A stretch of 64,000 bases of DNA from Trichosphaerium sp. ATCC 40318 (taxonomy: Eukaryota > Protista > Tubulinea): the NCBI GenBank assembly GCA_038496445.1, contig JALMLS010000466.1, positions 620,001 through 684,000 of the forward strand, given 5' to 3'. The position numbers and the translations under genes are program-made. Below the pieces are notes generated by a model. It was not told the origin of the DNA. It did not search any database and was given only the letters and a program-made list of their open reading frames with translations. Shown one piece after another: positions 39,069-53,495 of the stretch (positions are counted from its first letter, which is position 1; the number at the start of each line of letters is the position of its first letter).

Positions 39069-40530
39069 ATGTCACTCACGAAAGTCGTTTGGGGCGGCCA
39101 AATAACGAAAACGATCCAAGATTTGCCAGAAGTATGCGTTGAGACTAACTATGTTTCTTTTTATTTTACAACTAGGACATTTTGGTTGTAATAAGCGAAA
39201 TATTGCCTATTAGGTCAGTTGTTTCATTTCTATGTACTTGTTCAGCTTATTCCCAAGTACCACAAACCGTAACACTACTAACGCATTAAACGGTCTTTAG
39301 ATAGCAAAACGAGAATGGTTATGGCAAATACTTACTAAACGCGATTATAAACACGTTTTGCCGTTCTTTTCTTCGAGACTCACTTGGAGAGCGTTATACG
39401 TCACTCTACGTACGTTGTCAGTACATTTTTGTAACCCAATACTAACACGGTTTGTCAGGCAGGCTGTTTCCTTCCTCCATAAGTACAGTTTCCAATTTTG
39501 TTATGGATTTGAACGACAAGTACAGAATGCCAATAAAGTATTTCGACGGTAGTGATAAAATACATTTGGGTATTGTACTTGATGAAGGGCACCCAGGTTT
39601 TACTTTTGGTGCGTTGAACAAGAGCATATTTGTACGTACAAAAAGAGGATAGAACGTTTCTTCTTTCTACTTGTTTTTTCTTGTTGCAATACTTGCTTTT
39701 TCTTGTTGTTTACTTTATGATTAGACAATACAGTCCAACCGACATTGGCCATTTCATAATGGATCATTGGGTTTAAAAGTGGGTTATTTTGAAATAGAGG
39801 TCGGCATCAACGTGACTGATGATTCCAGGCCAAGGTTATAATTTATAACAATATATTTTCCTTTTATAATTACTAACTCTTTTTTTTCTTATTCAGTTGC
39901 AATGCTATTGGTCTAGCACCGCGTCTACACGAGCTTAGAAAGTGTGTTGGTTGGGAAAAGGATGGTATAGGATTCCATAGCGATGATTCGTGCACGTTAT
40001 ATGGTGATTTTTTTCCCTCTTTTTTGATAAGCAGCAGGTAAGTTCGTTTGTGACGCAGAACATGATTTCAGAGATATGGAAAGTATAAAACGGCTTCCGC
40101 CTGGCACAATAATGGGTAAAAATTATAGTGCTGTAACTCGTTAACATTGATTGACATGCTGAAGGTGTGGGATTGTTGCGAAACGGTGTTGTTTTCTTCA
40201 CAATTAATGGCGTCTTATGGGAGATTGGAGCCTATAAGTATTCTCAATATTTATTAAAAAACCTAGTACCTACAATATCACTTGTTGGTGAAGTAGAAAT
40301 GAAGGTGAACTTTGGATCAGTGCGTATATTGAAGAACATATTCGGATTTTTTTCTTACTGTATATTGCTAGGTACCTTTTGCGTTTGACGTTGGGACTTT
40401 TCTTAAAACACATGAATGGGTTATAGAAAAACTAGGGCAACTCGAAGATAATTGTATCAACTGTATAAAAGCTTTCAAATACGATTTATCAAAACCTTTA
40501 AACTTGATAGATGAGCTAATAAATACTTAA
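39069..40530 (+). CDS. F-box + SPRY domain protein
   Basis: F-box IQDLPEDILVVISEILPIRSVVSFLCTC; SPRY motifs GYFEIE, AIGL, GWEKDGIGFHSDD, VFFTING, LVPTISL, VNFG..PFAFD. Confidence 0.85.
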
Positions 40531-40895
40531 TTATTTTCACATCACTGTGCTGGTGGCTATGTTGATTTTCTTCACTAATGTATTTCTTATTGTCTTCATG
40601 TGGATCTGGGTTAAGTGTTGACACTTAGCAGAAGCTCATAAAAGAATAACACGTGCTAAAAAGGGAGAAAAGAGTTTATAATAAAGAAGCGTAAATTCTG
40701 ATCAATTCCTGACATAAAAGGCATAACTTGTTTGGTATTAGGTTGTTTACAAAATAAAGGAGCAAGGAGTGGCAATAAAGAAGTTGATGATTAATCGAGA
40801 TAAACTGTGGCTTTTGTTTCTGTTCACTGCTTTGTAGAAATTTCACACTTTTTCAAACTCCCAAAACCAATCACAACAACACCAGAGACCCTTTC

Positions 40896-42930
<2,035 letters not shown>

Positions 42931-43274
42931 TAATCATCTGAATAATCTCAGTGGAGCTTAAACATGTGACTCTTTCAATAAATATTTAACTTGATAAAAA
43001 AACCTTCGGAATTTCAGTTTTCTCTTGTAAACGTCGTTCACTTTACACCTACCCGTGTTCCACTATAACACGTTGTGGGAGTACGGGTGTTAACTATATT
43101 GTCTTCGGCGTACTGTATGAATGCTGTAGCTTAATCACACTGACAAAGCTTACCTATCTCTAAGAGACTTTTTGGTTTGGTCGTTTGAAAAAATGTTATT
43201 GTATTCATCGTGCAAGCTTGTTGATATTCGTTTTTTGTTTGCTCCCACAATTGTTTTAGTTTATGCACAACTTA

Positions 43275-43817
43275 AGGGGGCACACTGAGATGTGTAGAAA
43301 TTGTTCAAATCGGCTCAAATTTTCGGGCCTATATCTTTGACATGAGGGCTTTTGAAAAACCCAACTTTTAGCGTGTGCCTTTTTGTGACGTTTTTTTGTT
43401 GCAACAGTTTTTTTTTTTCAAAAAACGACTGCATTTTTTCAATCTTTCTGTTTAAAAGCACATTTATTCAAAACTACGTTACCCATAGCATCTACACACG
43501 CAGTACATGCTATGGGTACACTTTCAAAAAGAAGTCTCAATTTGAAAGCAAAAAAAAATAACGAATTTGCTCTACACCACCTAAAATGCGTCTCCAAGTG
43601 GGGAAAAAGCGGATGAATAGCTTTAAAAGTTGTTTCAAATCTGTGTAATTAAGGTCAAAACGTTGAGAAAAAAAATGACATTTCGGGCTTTGAACTCAAG
43701 TAATCAATCTACACAGTTCGCTATCGTATTTTTTCAGCGTTTTACGCGATTCTAGATGGGTTTAAAGCCTGAAGATGCCTGTAGGGCTAAGGTCATTCCA
43801 TTCTCAGCGTGCCCCCT
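43275..43817. mobile_element. Non-autonomous DNA transposon (MITE-like), ~540 bp
   Basis: Terminal inverted repeats AGGGGGCACACTGAGA / TCTCAGCGTGCCCCCT (1 mismatch), flanked by TA on both sides (or TTAA/TTAC if the termini are GG..CC). No coding capacity. Confidence 0.75.
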
Positions 43818-44413
43818 TACTTAATACACCTACCACCCCATTAGTAAAACTTAATAAAAAAATGTACTACAATAAGTTAAGTACCATTACTTACACACAT
43901 AATAACACTAATAGCAGAAAACTAAAAATAGAAATAAAAACCAGCTTGTTTATTTAAGTGAGAATACAATCACGCATTTGTACTTTAATACCAGCAATAA
44001 TACAAGAATGTCCACGGCATTGGCCATTTCTCTTACACCATCTTCTTGAACAGTTAACTTTACCAGGCTCCAAGACAATAAAACTGTAATGTATATTAAA
44101 GAACCAGTTTTGTGTAGTCACAAGGTGGAAATCTTTGATACCAGCTCAAAGATTTGGAGAAAACTCAAGTTATTTGCTAACTCGCATGGGCTTCGCTGAG
44201 CCATTAAAGCAACTGGTAAACTATTAATCTTATTGTTCAATAACCTTGCGATAGTCATCTTAACATAAAACGCCTCAATAAGAGTTAGTGATTATTGACC
44301 TACAACACGTTGTAAATAGATGAAGGTACACGTTGTAATTTGTTTTAACTTCACAATTCTAACTCCAAAACAAGCAACAAATACAATCTGTCATTTGTGG
44401 TAAGTAACGGAAC

Positions 44414-47400
44414 TTAGGATTTTTTTGCAGGTGTGAGAATAAACGAAAAAGTACCTTGCATCACCATTTGCATCAAATTAATTGAGTTCAACGTTGTCCA
44501 AAGCCATCCATTATCGGCAGAAATATCAACCATGGCTTGTAGGATACGTACAGATTGATCAAGTACTGACTTTGTATCAGTGTAGTAATCAGAGATTGGT
44601 AACTGTTCGCTTGCAAAATGTGCTTGGAGCAGCAAAGCAGCTTTAGTATGAGGGCTTTCAAGAGTAAGCATATCAACATCCCAAGGAACTGCATTAGCTA
44701 GAATCTCATTGAGCTTCTCTTCATTATGACGAACAGGAAGTTCAGCATATTCTGGAGCATCTGAAAGCGTCCTCAATAGATCCTAGTAGTAGCGTTCAAT
44801 TAGTCGTTTTTTTTTCTGATTTGTTTTTTTTTGTCTTTTTCGTACCTCTACAGTAGAGTCTTCATCAATCTCGTTATCGAATAACTGTACAGTGGTATAT
44901 TGTAGATAATAATAAGCAGCAATTCGGCCAATTGTAGTGGGCTCAACATCAAAATCATTTTCTATTTCAATACATCCTGCCATCTCCAAGTCTTGGAAAG
45001 TATCATCGATTAGGTCGGATAAGAATTGATTAATAGCTTCTAATTTGACATCTTCAAGTTCATAGTATGTAGGATTCTTTAATAGACGTCTGAAAAAGAA
45101 CGTCCATGTAGCATAATCTATACCATCTTGTTTACTCTTGATTGTACCAGATACAACCTCAGCATTAACGTGATCATGTAAGCATTCACGTAAGCTTGAT
45201 TCAACAGGGAAAGGTTCATAGAGGAACTTTTTGTAAAAGCTCTTCTTCTCGTCTTGTACCATAATCACGGCGAGACCTAAAAATTGGATTAAAGTTTAAC
45301 CTTTGTTGACTTTGAACGCCTTTTTGTTGGTGTTTGGGGTTGTAGAGAACCACATTTATTACTTTTATAGAAGGTACCTTGGTGATCGAATTGAGGACGA
45401 CCTGCACGACCCATCATTTGAAGAATATCAGTGATAGGCATATCAGTATATCTCTTCATCTTTGGATCAAAAAATTCTGTTCCTTTGATGATAACAAGAT
45501 GCGCAGGTAGATTCACACCCCAAGCAAGAGTCGATGTAGATACAAGAAGTTGTATCCATCCTTTAGCAAAAGCGTCTTCAACATGACTCTAAAAGACGAA
45601 GAAAGTAAGCAACCAAACACAAGCTATTGAACAAAAAAAAGAAAAAAACAAAACTCGTACTCTGTCTCCTTTATCAAGACCGGCGTGATGGAGTCCGATA
45701 CCGAACGACAATGAATGTCTTAAGCTCGAGTCTTTGATTTTATCCAACATGAGCTCAAAGTATGGCACTTCGTCATCTTCAACGTGAAGGAACTGTCGAG
45801 GCATTTCGTCAGCGGCTGCAAGACTAATAATATCAACAGCTGTCAAACGTGTTTGCCTTCTTGAAGAAACGAATATGAGGACTGGTTTTCTTGCACTCAT
45901 TGTTCTAATCGCAGCATATGCAGGTTTGTTCATCGTAGCCATTCTCGGGCAATAGAATTTGCCAGCGTAGCCTTGGATGTGTACTTCAAGTGGTACAGGA
46001 CGGACAGATGGTCTGAAGTTGAATAAACCGACTGTGTAGTCAATGCCAAGCCAGTCTGCAAGATCTACAGCGTTCGCTAGAGCTGTTGATAGACCAACAA
46101 TACGTATAGGTGTATTTGTTTGAGAAGAAATGTATCTCATACGAGAAACAATCTAATTAGAGTAAATACAACAATCACGTGCTTGGAAAAAAAAAAAAGA
46201 GTTTTTTGCTTAGCGTACAACTTCAAGAATAGGTCCTCTGTCTTCTCCAAGGAGATGTATCTCATCAATAACTAGTAAAGCGACGTCTTTAACATAACTA
46301 GAATACAATTCAATATTTTACTTGAGCAATTTGTAGTACTGGGTTGTACCTTCTGTTTTGCCAACTACGTGAGATACCATCCCATTTTTCAGGTGTTGTA
46401 ATTACAATATCAGCAGCCTTTAAAGCGCGAATATCAGGCGTGTAATCTCCAGTCAGCTCGAGAGTACTCTTGCCGATCTTGGTAAACTTTTTCCACTCTT
46501 TAACACGCTCTCTGACAATAGCCTTCATAGGAGCAATGTATATTACCTTCACAAACAAAGTAAGTAACAACAGAAACAACCAAAGTCTTGACTCACTTTC
46601 TTGCCTGGCTGGTCTCGGAATAATCTTAGCATAGCAATTTCTGCTACAATAGTCTTTCCTGAACCAGTAGGGGCTCCCATTAGAACATTTTCTGATGTAT
46701 GATACAAAGTGTGGAATGTCTAAGCAAAAATAAGCTCACTTTGTTAACGCAAGCTAGAAGTGCTGAGGAGAGTATTTTCCTCTGCTGGTTTACTGTGCGA
46801 CGTGCCTGTGTTTGGATAGGATTAAAGTGTGAGAAAGGGTAGATGGCTTCAAACTTTGGGTTATGCAACGACTTGATTGGTAGAGGTTGCAAGTTGAGAA
46901 GAGGTGTATGAGGTGGATATTTTTCAGGTAAGATGAGATGTTGAAATGACAAAGGAATCATCTCTTCACAACCAAGCCAACGATCAGAAATAGCGTGGAT
47001 ATAATAATTAGAAGGCATAGGATCAGTGAATATTGGAATAACAAATGTAAGTTTCTGAGGTTCATTAACTTGTTTCTGATGAAGCAAAAAGTATTCGCTG
47101 TGGTATATATGTTCGTTATCAGCATCCTCTACCCAAATCCAGAATGGTTGTCCAGTACCTTTAAAACAGAAGTCAGTACAAAAGACACGATTACAATGAG
47201 GCTATAATATGAAGGCTTACCGTGAACGCGTTCATCCCACTCAAATAGAGCCTCAATAGTAAGTTGTACACGTAATACAGTACGTGTAATAGGTTGTACA
47301 GTAGCTGTCAATTCCAATGTTGGAAACTTACGTACAGCACTAACAACACGTTGACCAGATGTTTTATTATGGTGGATAAGAGCGCTTATATCTGAAGCTG

Positions 47401-50400
47401 TCATATCACGTAACTTATCTAAACCCACCTTAAAGAAAAAGTCAGAAAAAAATAGGATTATGTAAGTTTACCTTTTTCTCTTCTAGTCGCTTAAGAACTG
47501 CTTCCGGAAGTGAATGCATTTGCCTTAGTGGATGATGGTATGTCCATAGTTGATGATCAACCATTTTACAGAAATTAAGAAGCTTAGAGCCAAGGATAGT
47601 AAAATTTTGCTTAATAGCAATCTCGAACATTGCTCTGAATATCCTACCAGCATTTTGTGCAACGTAGTTACAATCAGAAACCAGGGAGAATGTTTTAATA
47701 GACCACCGAGAAATAAACGCCTGAATAAGAACGTCTAAAACATCATTAGAGTCGAGCATGTAGCGTGGGAAAGTAGGTAGGTACTTGTTTTGCCAGTTTT
47801 ATCTTCAGAGCCTCCTTTTACACTTAAAGGACAACAATAAGGTGAATCAGCTTCTATCATTTCATCAAGCTCTTTCAGTTCGTCATCTCTCAGATTTACA
47901 TTATCAAACTCTGAGCACTAAAGAAGAAAGCTTGTTAGTTTTTGGAGAAGGTAAAGGAGGGTTATAATGCGTACTCTTGATACTGCTGTGATGACATCAA
48001 CATCTGACATTGTACCCTTTATTGATTCATTAAACATTCTCATTGTTTCATGCTTAATGTAGTAATGAGAGGCAATACGACCCAAATCAGTGGAGTAAAG
48101 ATTTCCTGATTTTTCATCAAATCGAATCATTTTGCATTCATCCAGAGTCTTACAGGCTCTGACAACGTCCTCTGATCTTCTGTTTATTAAAGCAGGATCA
48201 TTCGTCTACATAAAATACTTAGCCACAACACACAAAAGGCAACAGCTGAGCTAGAAAAGAAATAAAAGGGTTGATGTGACTTACCTTTTCATTGAATGAG
48301 ATACCATACGCAAGCGCATTCTTCTTCATCCGTGTGTACAAGTAAGTGTATGATAACCACTGTACTGCTTCACGAACGCTCGATACTGTACCCAAAACAA
48401 TCTCTGCATTGAGTTGATCTTCAACACGTTTGATAAATTGACTTTCAATCGGTAACTGGTGATTAAGAAGTCTTAGATAATGTTTGAGCTTATCATGTTC
48501 TGTTATAATAACAGCGTCACCAGACGTATCATACTGTGGACGACCAGCACGACCAAAAATCTGCATGACATCAAGCATACCAAGGTCTACAAACTGACCA
48601 GCCTCAGAGTTATACAACTGAGTTCCTTTGATTATTACTGTATGAGCTGGAAGATTCACACCCCAAGCAAGAGTTGCAGTACAGCATAGCACTTTAATCA
48701 TACCCTCGCGGAACAATTTCTCGACTTGAGTACGATCCTTCCTTAGCATACCAGCGTGATGGCAACCGAATCCTCCTCTGAAGAGTTCCTTCAAAGCCCT
48801 ATCTCTTGATTTGTCTACAGACTTCGCAGCAAGTCTGTAACGTTGTGTAGCTTCAGGCATGAACGCCTTTCCGTCTCCTGATTCTTTAGCCATCTCGATC
48901 ATAGTTTTCGCTGTTCCTGCAGTATCTTTTCTTGAGTGAACGAAGATAAGCACTTGGTTTCCTTTTTTAACAGACTCCAGTGCTTTTTCATAAGCGACTT
49001 CAACTTGTCTGCTCTTAATGTCTAGAATATTCTTTCCTTTTACACCAATGTACGTTTGATCAAGAGGTACAGGTCTGTATGATGAATCAAAGTAGAAACA
49101 TCCCTTAACTGGGTTTACACGCAAGAACTCTGCAACATCTTGGTAATTTGGTAAAGTAGCAGAAAGACCAACAATACGAATCATTGTTTGTGTTTGCTCA
49201 ACCTGTAAACAAAGAATAAGTACAGCTCAGAATAAAACTCGTGTGTGTTAGTCTAATTGACGTACAAGCCTTAGAGTTCTTGCTACGATACTCTCAATAA
49301 CAGGTCCTCTGTCTTCATGCAAAAGATGGACTTCATCAATAATAAGAAGCTTAACAACTGATGTTAAAGCAATATCAGTGCTTTTTCTTGTTATAACATC
49401 CCATTTTTCTGGTGTTGTAACAATGACTTGTGTTGCCGTTAATTCTTTCTTTGTAAGCTGCATATCACCAGTACATTCCTTAACAACTATACCCAAAGGT
49501 CCTAAACGCTTAGAAAAACTACGTGTCATCTCAGCAGCGAGAGCTTTCATTGGAGCAACGTATATTATTTTGAAAGCTTCTTTATGAAGTATACCACCTC
49601 GAATGTTCTTGCCAATTTCATGAAGCATAGTCATAACTGCTACGTTTGTTTTACCAGCACCAGTAGGCGCACAAATAAGCAAGTTCTCATTTGTCTTATA
49701 AGCTGAGTGATAGACTTTGGATTGAATTCTGTTAAGTCGCTCATATCCTTGAAAAGCAAGTTGAGCGAACTCTTCAAATTCTGATATTGGTATCAAGTCT
49801 TCTTTTTTAAGAGGTGGTGGTTGTTTTGCTGGAATATAAACGGATTCGTATTCCTTGAGGTTCGTGCGTATAGCGCCTTAATTAAAGTTAATAAAAATCA
49901 CAAAAAGAAAAAGTAATATTAAACTGATGAACGAATATATTCCGCTTACCATCAGGTGTACCACCATTTTCTGCTAGTCTAGGAGCAGCGGCAAGGTGAT
50001 AAAATGGGAGCGGTTCTTTTGGTGCAACCATATAATTATCCCCAGCAAGATTTCTAAAAAACAATGGGTTACAACAATTAAAACCAAAGGAAACTTTTTG
50101 ACACAAAAAAAAAAGACGAACCCTTGTGCTTGTCCGTAGGAATTTTTACCCTTTCTACGTCGCTGGTTTTTCTTTTCTAGTTTTGATAGGAGCTTATCTG
50201 TCTTTGTTACAATAGTGACCTACACTCATTGTCAAAAATCAACCCATAAAACTGCTTCGTACACCTGGGCCAAAATCTGGACCTCTTGTTGGTGCGCCAC
50301 GCAAATTCAAGCTGACAAGCTCATATCTATGTGAAATCATTGTACGTATAAACCCAATATGTTGAGGCCCAAGCAGATCCATTAAATTCTCGCTTACTTG

Positions 50401-51563
50401 ACGATCAGTTTGTGAACTTTGTATGAGCTAATATAAAGATAAGAACGATCTAATAAATAATCTACAAAAATGTTACCTGGTTAATAGCAGAGGCAAGCAT
50501 GACTGGATCTTCTAGAGGAGACTTCATACCGTTACTTTCTAAAATACTAATGAAGCGCATGCACTGCATACGCAACCAATCAGAGTCCACAACAGAACCA
50601 TCGTCATCAAAAGTCAAGTATGTGTCTTCTTCTTGTTCAGGTTCTATTCCAGCTGCAATGATAGCTTGAGCATCTCCATATGACAATGTAGGTGTTATAT
50701 TACTGAATAAACATGAGTACACCAATCAAACAAAGAAATAGAGACAAAGTGGAAAAAAACCGTATTTTCTGAAAAGTGGAATTTAACGTACAAAGATGTG
50801 TCCCATGAGAAAGCTAGATTATCTCCATACAGCTTTCCACGCTTTTTAGGAAGTACACTAGATGCCTCAACACCTTGGGAAGTGACCCAATCAGCAAGAT
50901 TCTGAGCGTCTTGTTTTAGCGCTTTTACTGTTTGTTGTTTTATTATATTCGTCAAATAACGTGGTAGAGAAGTTCTAAGAGACGATGACGTGTAAGATTT
51001 CTTGTTTTGTAGACAAACTCGTTAAGAGAATTGTGCGAATTTGTTTGGATTTTGCAGTGATTGTTGTAAGGTGTAAAGAGAAAAAAATGAGCTAAAACGT
51101 ACTCCTTCGAACCGCTTACAACGTCGTTGTATAGAAAATAAGCTAAGGACTGTATTTCTTCAATAGAAATATCTGTATCTCCCAAGGCTGTTCTTATAGC
51201 GTTGGCGTACTGTCCCCATAGATCTTTTGCTGTTTTGAGCTCTTTACGCTTGGACTGATTGCCTATAGAATAATTACGCAATTTTTAATTTTAAACCACT
51301 CACCTTCTACTATATTAGTGAAGGACTTCAAACTGAGCGTCTTTTTGCTCGTTCCAGCTGCTCTAAAAAAATAATCAGTTTAATTATCAAAACTATGCTA
51401 GTACTTGTTTATACGCAGTTTTTCAAGCGCTTCGCTCTGTGTTTTAAATAACACCTCTTCACTTTCTGTTTTAACATCTTTGCTAAGACAAACGCGCAAT
51501 AGCTCTGTTAACTGCGTACTCTATGCACTGTTATACTGTAGAATAAAAATTATAGCTTACCAT
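44414..51563 (-). CDS. ASCC3: ASCC3/Slh1 Ski2-like double-cassette helicase (3' end apparently incomplete)
   Basis: Two cassettes: [21 protein letters not shown] and [21 protein letters not shown]; [27 protein letters not shown]; Sec63 domains. The first exon is probably a lone ATG at 51563. Confidence 0.92.
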
Positions 51564-51680
51564 GTTTGTAGACCCTTGACGGGACGCAAGCAGAGATTTT
51601 TGTTGAAGCTGATTGACTTTTCGGTTTTTTCGTTGTTTTACATCACACTTTTGACATTTTGTGGTACACAGGTGTCTCCA

Positions 51681-53427
51681 ATGGCTAATATGCGTAATCG
51701 CAAGGTACATAGACTTATTTCGAGAAATACACGCTAAACTATGCAAAAGGGAGGCAACGACGAAGAGCTAGCGCAAACTACTTCAGCGTTGAGACTTGTT
51801 TCCGCTCCTACACGGCTCACTGGTACATTTTTACGAATTTTTTTGTACAGGATCCGTTAAATTGAAGAATAGATGCCAATTGCCTCAAAAGAGAGCCTGT
51901 CGTTTATATCAATGACAAAGAATTAAAACCAGATGATGACGGCTTTGATTTTAAGTCATATCTTGACACGGCACTGTTTATCGCCTTGGTACGCGTCCAC
52001 TACGCTAAACAAGCTATAAAAACCGTGTACTAAATTCTCGACTACTAAAACTGCAGATATTCTCTGGCGTTTACTGCATGTGGCTAGCACACAAGGATGC
52101 AGACGAGTCCTTCAAGTTTGACGAATTCTCAGGCGGTTTACTTTTCAATGCAGGATTTACTCCTTGGGTTTTATCCATTTGGGCAGTTCTTACTGGTGCT
52201 AGAGCGTTTGTAAAGCTAAACTTGATAAAGGTAAGCATCAAATCACAATTTTATTGTTTTTTTGAAAACTTCAAGTTTCGGTTGAGCAAGACGTTAACTT
52301 TGTATTTCAAGGTCGCTACTTCATCTATTCTTATAGCAGGAGGTGTTTATTTTCTAACTGTAGATTGGGAGAACACAGATTTGCTTGAACTAGTTGGTAC
52401 GCATTACAAACACAAAAACCAGCCAAGTTTTGTTGACATTTTTTAGGACCTGCTTTGTTTGAGATTGGTGCACTTTTCTTCGTTTCCAAGTTCTTCTTCT
52501 TGGTACGTTAAGAGTCTCTTTAATATAGTAGTAAACAAACTCACCTAAAATAGGTTGAAGATGATGAGATTAGGCTTGAGAGATTGGAAGAACAACTAGA
52601 AATTGCCTTGCAATCACCAGGTATAGTTAATCTGCTTGATTTTGTTTAACCAAATACCACTAGGGATGGGTATGGCTATGAGCTATTACTTTAACTTTGT
52701 ACTACCTACAGCCGCCAATCTGAGGTAACTCTTTGACTTCGAACATAAAAATCATTTACACTTTTCCAAGGAAACCAAATGAAGAAAATGGTGTTACTCC
52801 GATTGAGTTCGAAGTATCTCGATCAAATTACGAGGACTACACGTGCCAAAATGCAAAACTATACGTATTCATACCACGTGATCTAGATGGTTCTGATATG
52901 AAACAAACACTACGAAAGATTTCTAGTAGTGGTCTTGTCTCTCAAGGTACCAAAAAAAAAAGAAATACCTGACTTTGCATCTGAATGACGTTTTAGGCCG
53001 TCCTAAGCCAAAGAAAGGACAAGAAACACATCGTCCAATGTTTACGTACTTTCTGCATTCTGATAGTAATGCAAAGACTGTCAGCGGTATTTTCGATTTA
53101 CCTACAATAATATCAAGTTGTTGGGATAGACAACAAGCACAAACTGAAGAACTTCCTGTTGACATTTCACAAGAGATAAGAGACTTTCAAAATACACTTC
53201 TTCGTCTTGTAAAAGCGAATCCACTCACAGCTGATGTCGTACAGGTAAACACAAAAAACTTCAAAAAGAATCACGTGATTTATTTCTATGTTTTCGAAAA
53301 AAAAAAAAGACTGACTTTTATCTCGTAGCTTGTAAGCATTCCACCTACTCCATTTAATGTCAAATCAGTTCAAGATATTTATTTCGAAGTAAACAAATCT
53401 TCAGTATTGGTTGTAGGCAAACAATAA
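51681..53427 (+). CDS. STING: Four-transmembrane STING with bacterial-type cyclic dinucleotide-binding domain (blSTING-like)
   Basis: The spliced protein has 4 hydrophobic segments, then SPGMGMAMSYYFNFVLP, KLYVFIPRDL, HRPMFTY, IFDLPTIISS and EIRDFQNTLLRLV. Alternative start at 51741. Confidence 0.8.
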
Positions 53428-53495
53428 AAATGACAGTAAGATACAGTGATAAAAAGAAGCCTAATAGTTTTCCAATTTCTTTTTTTTCTTCCTTT

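Noticed and set aside
44414-51563. Brr2/SNRNP200 assignment, and a functional link to the Prp8-like insert
   Set aside because: The second cassette has intact GKT/DEIH and [10 protein letters not shown], typical of ASCC3. The 22-kb proximity is not evidence of a link.
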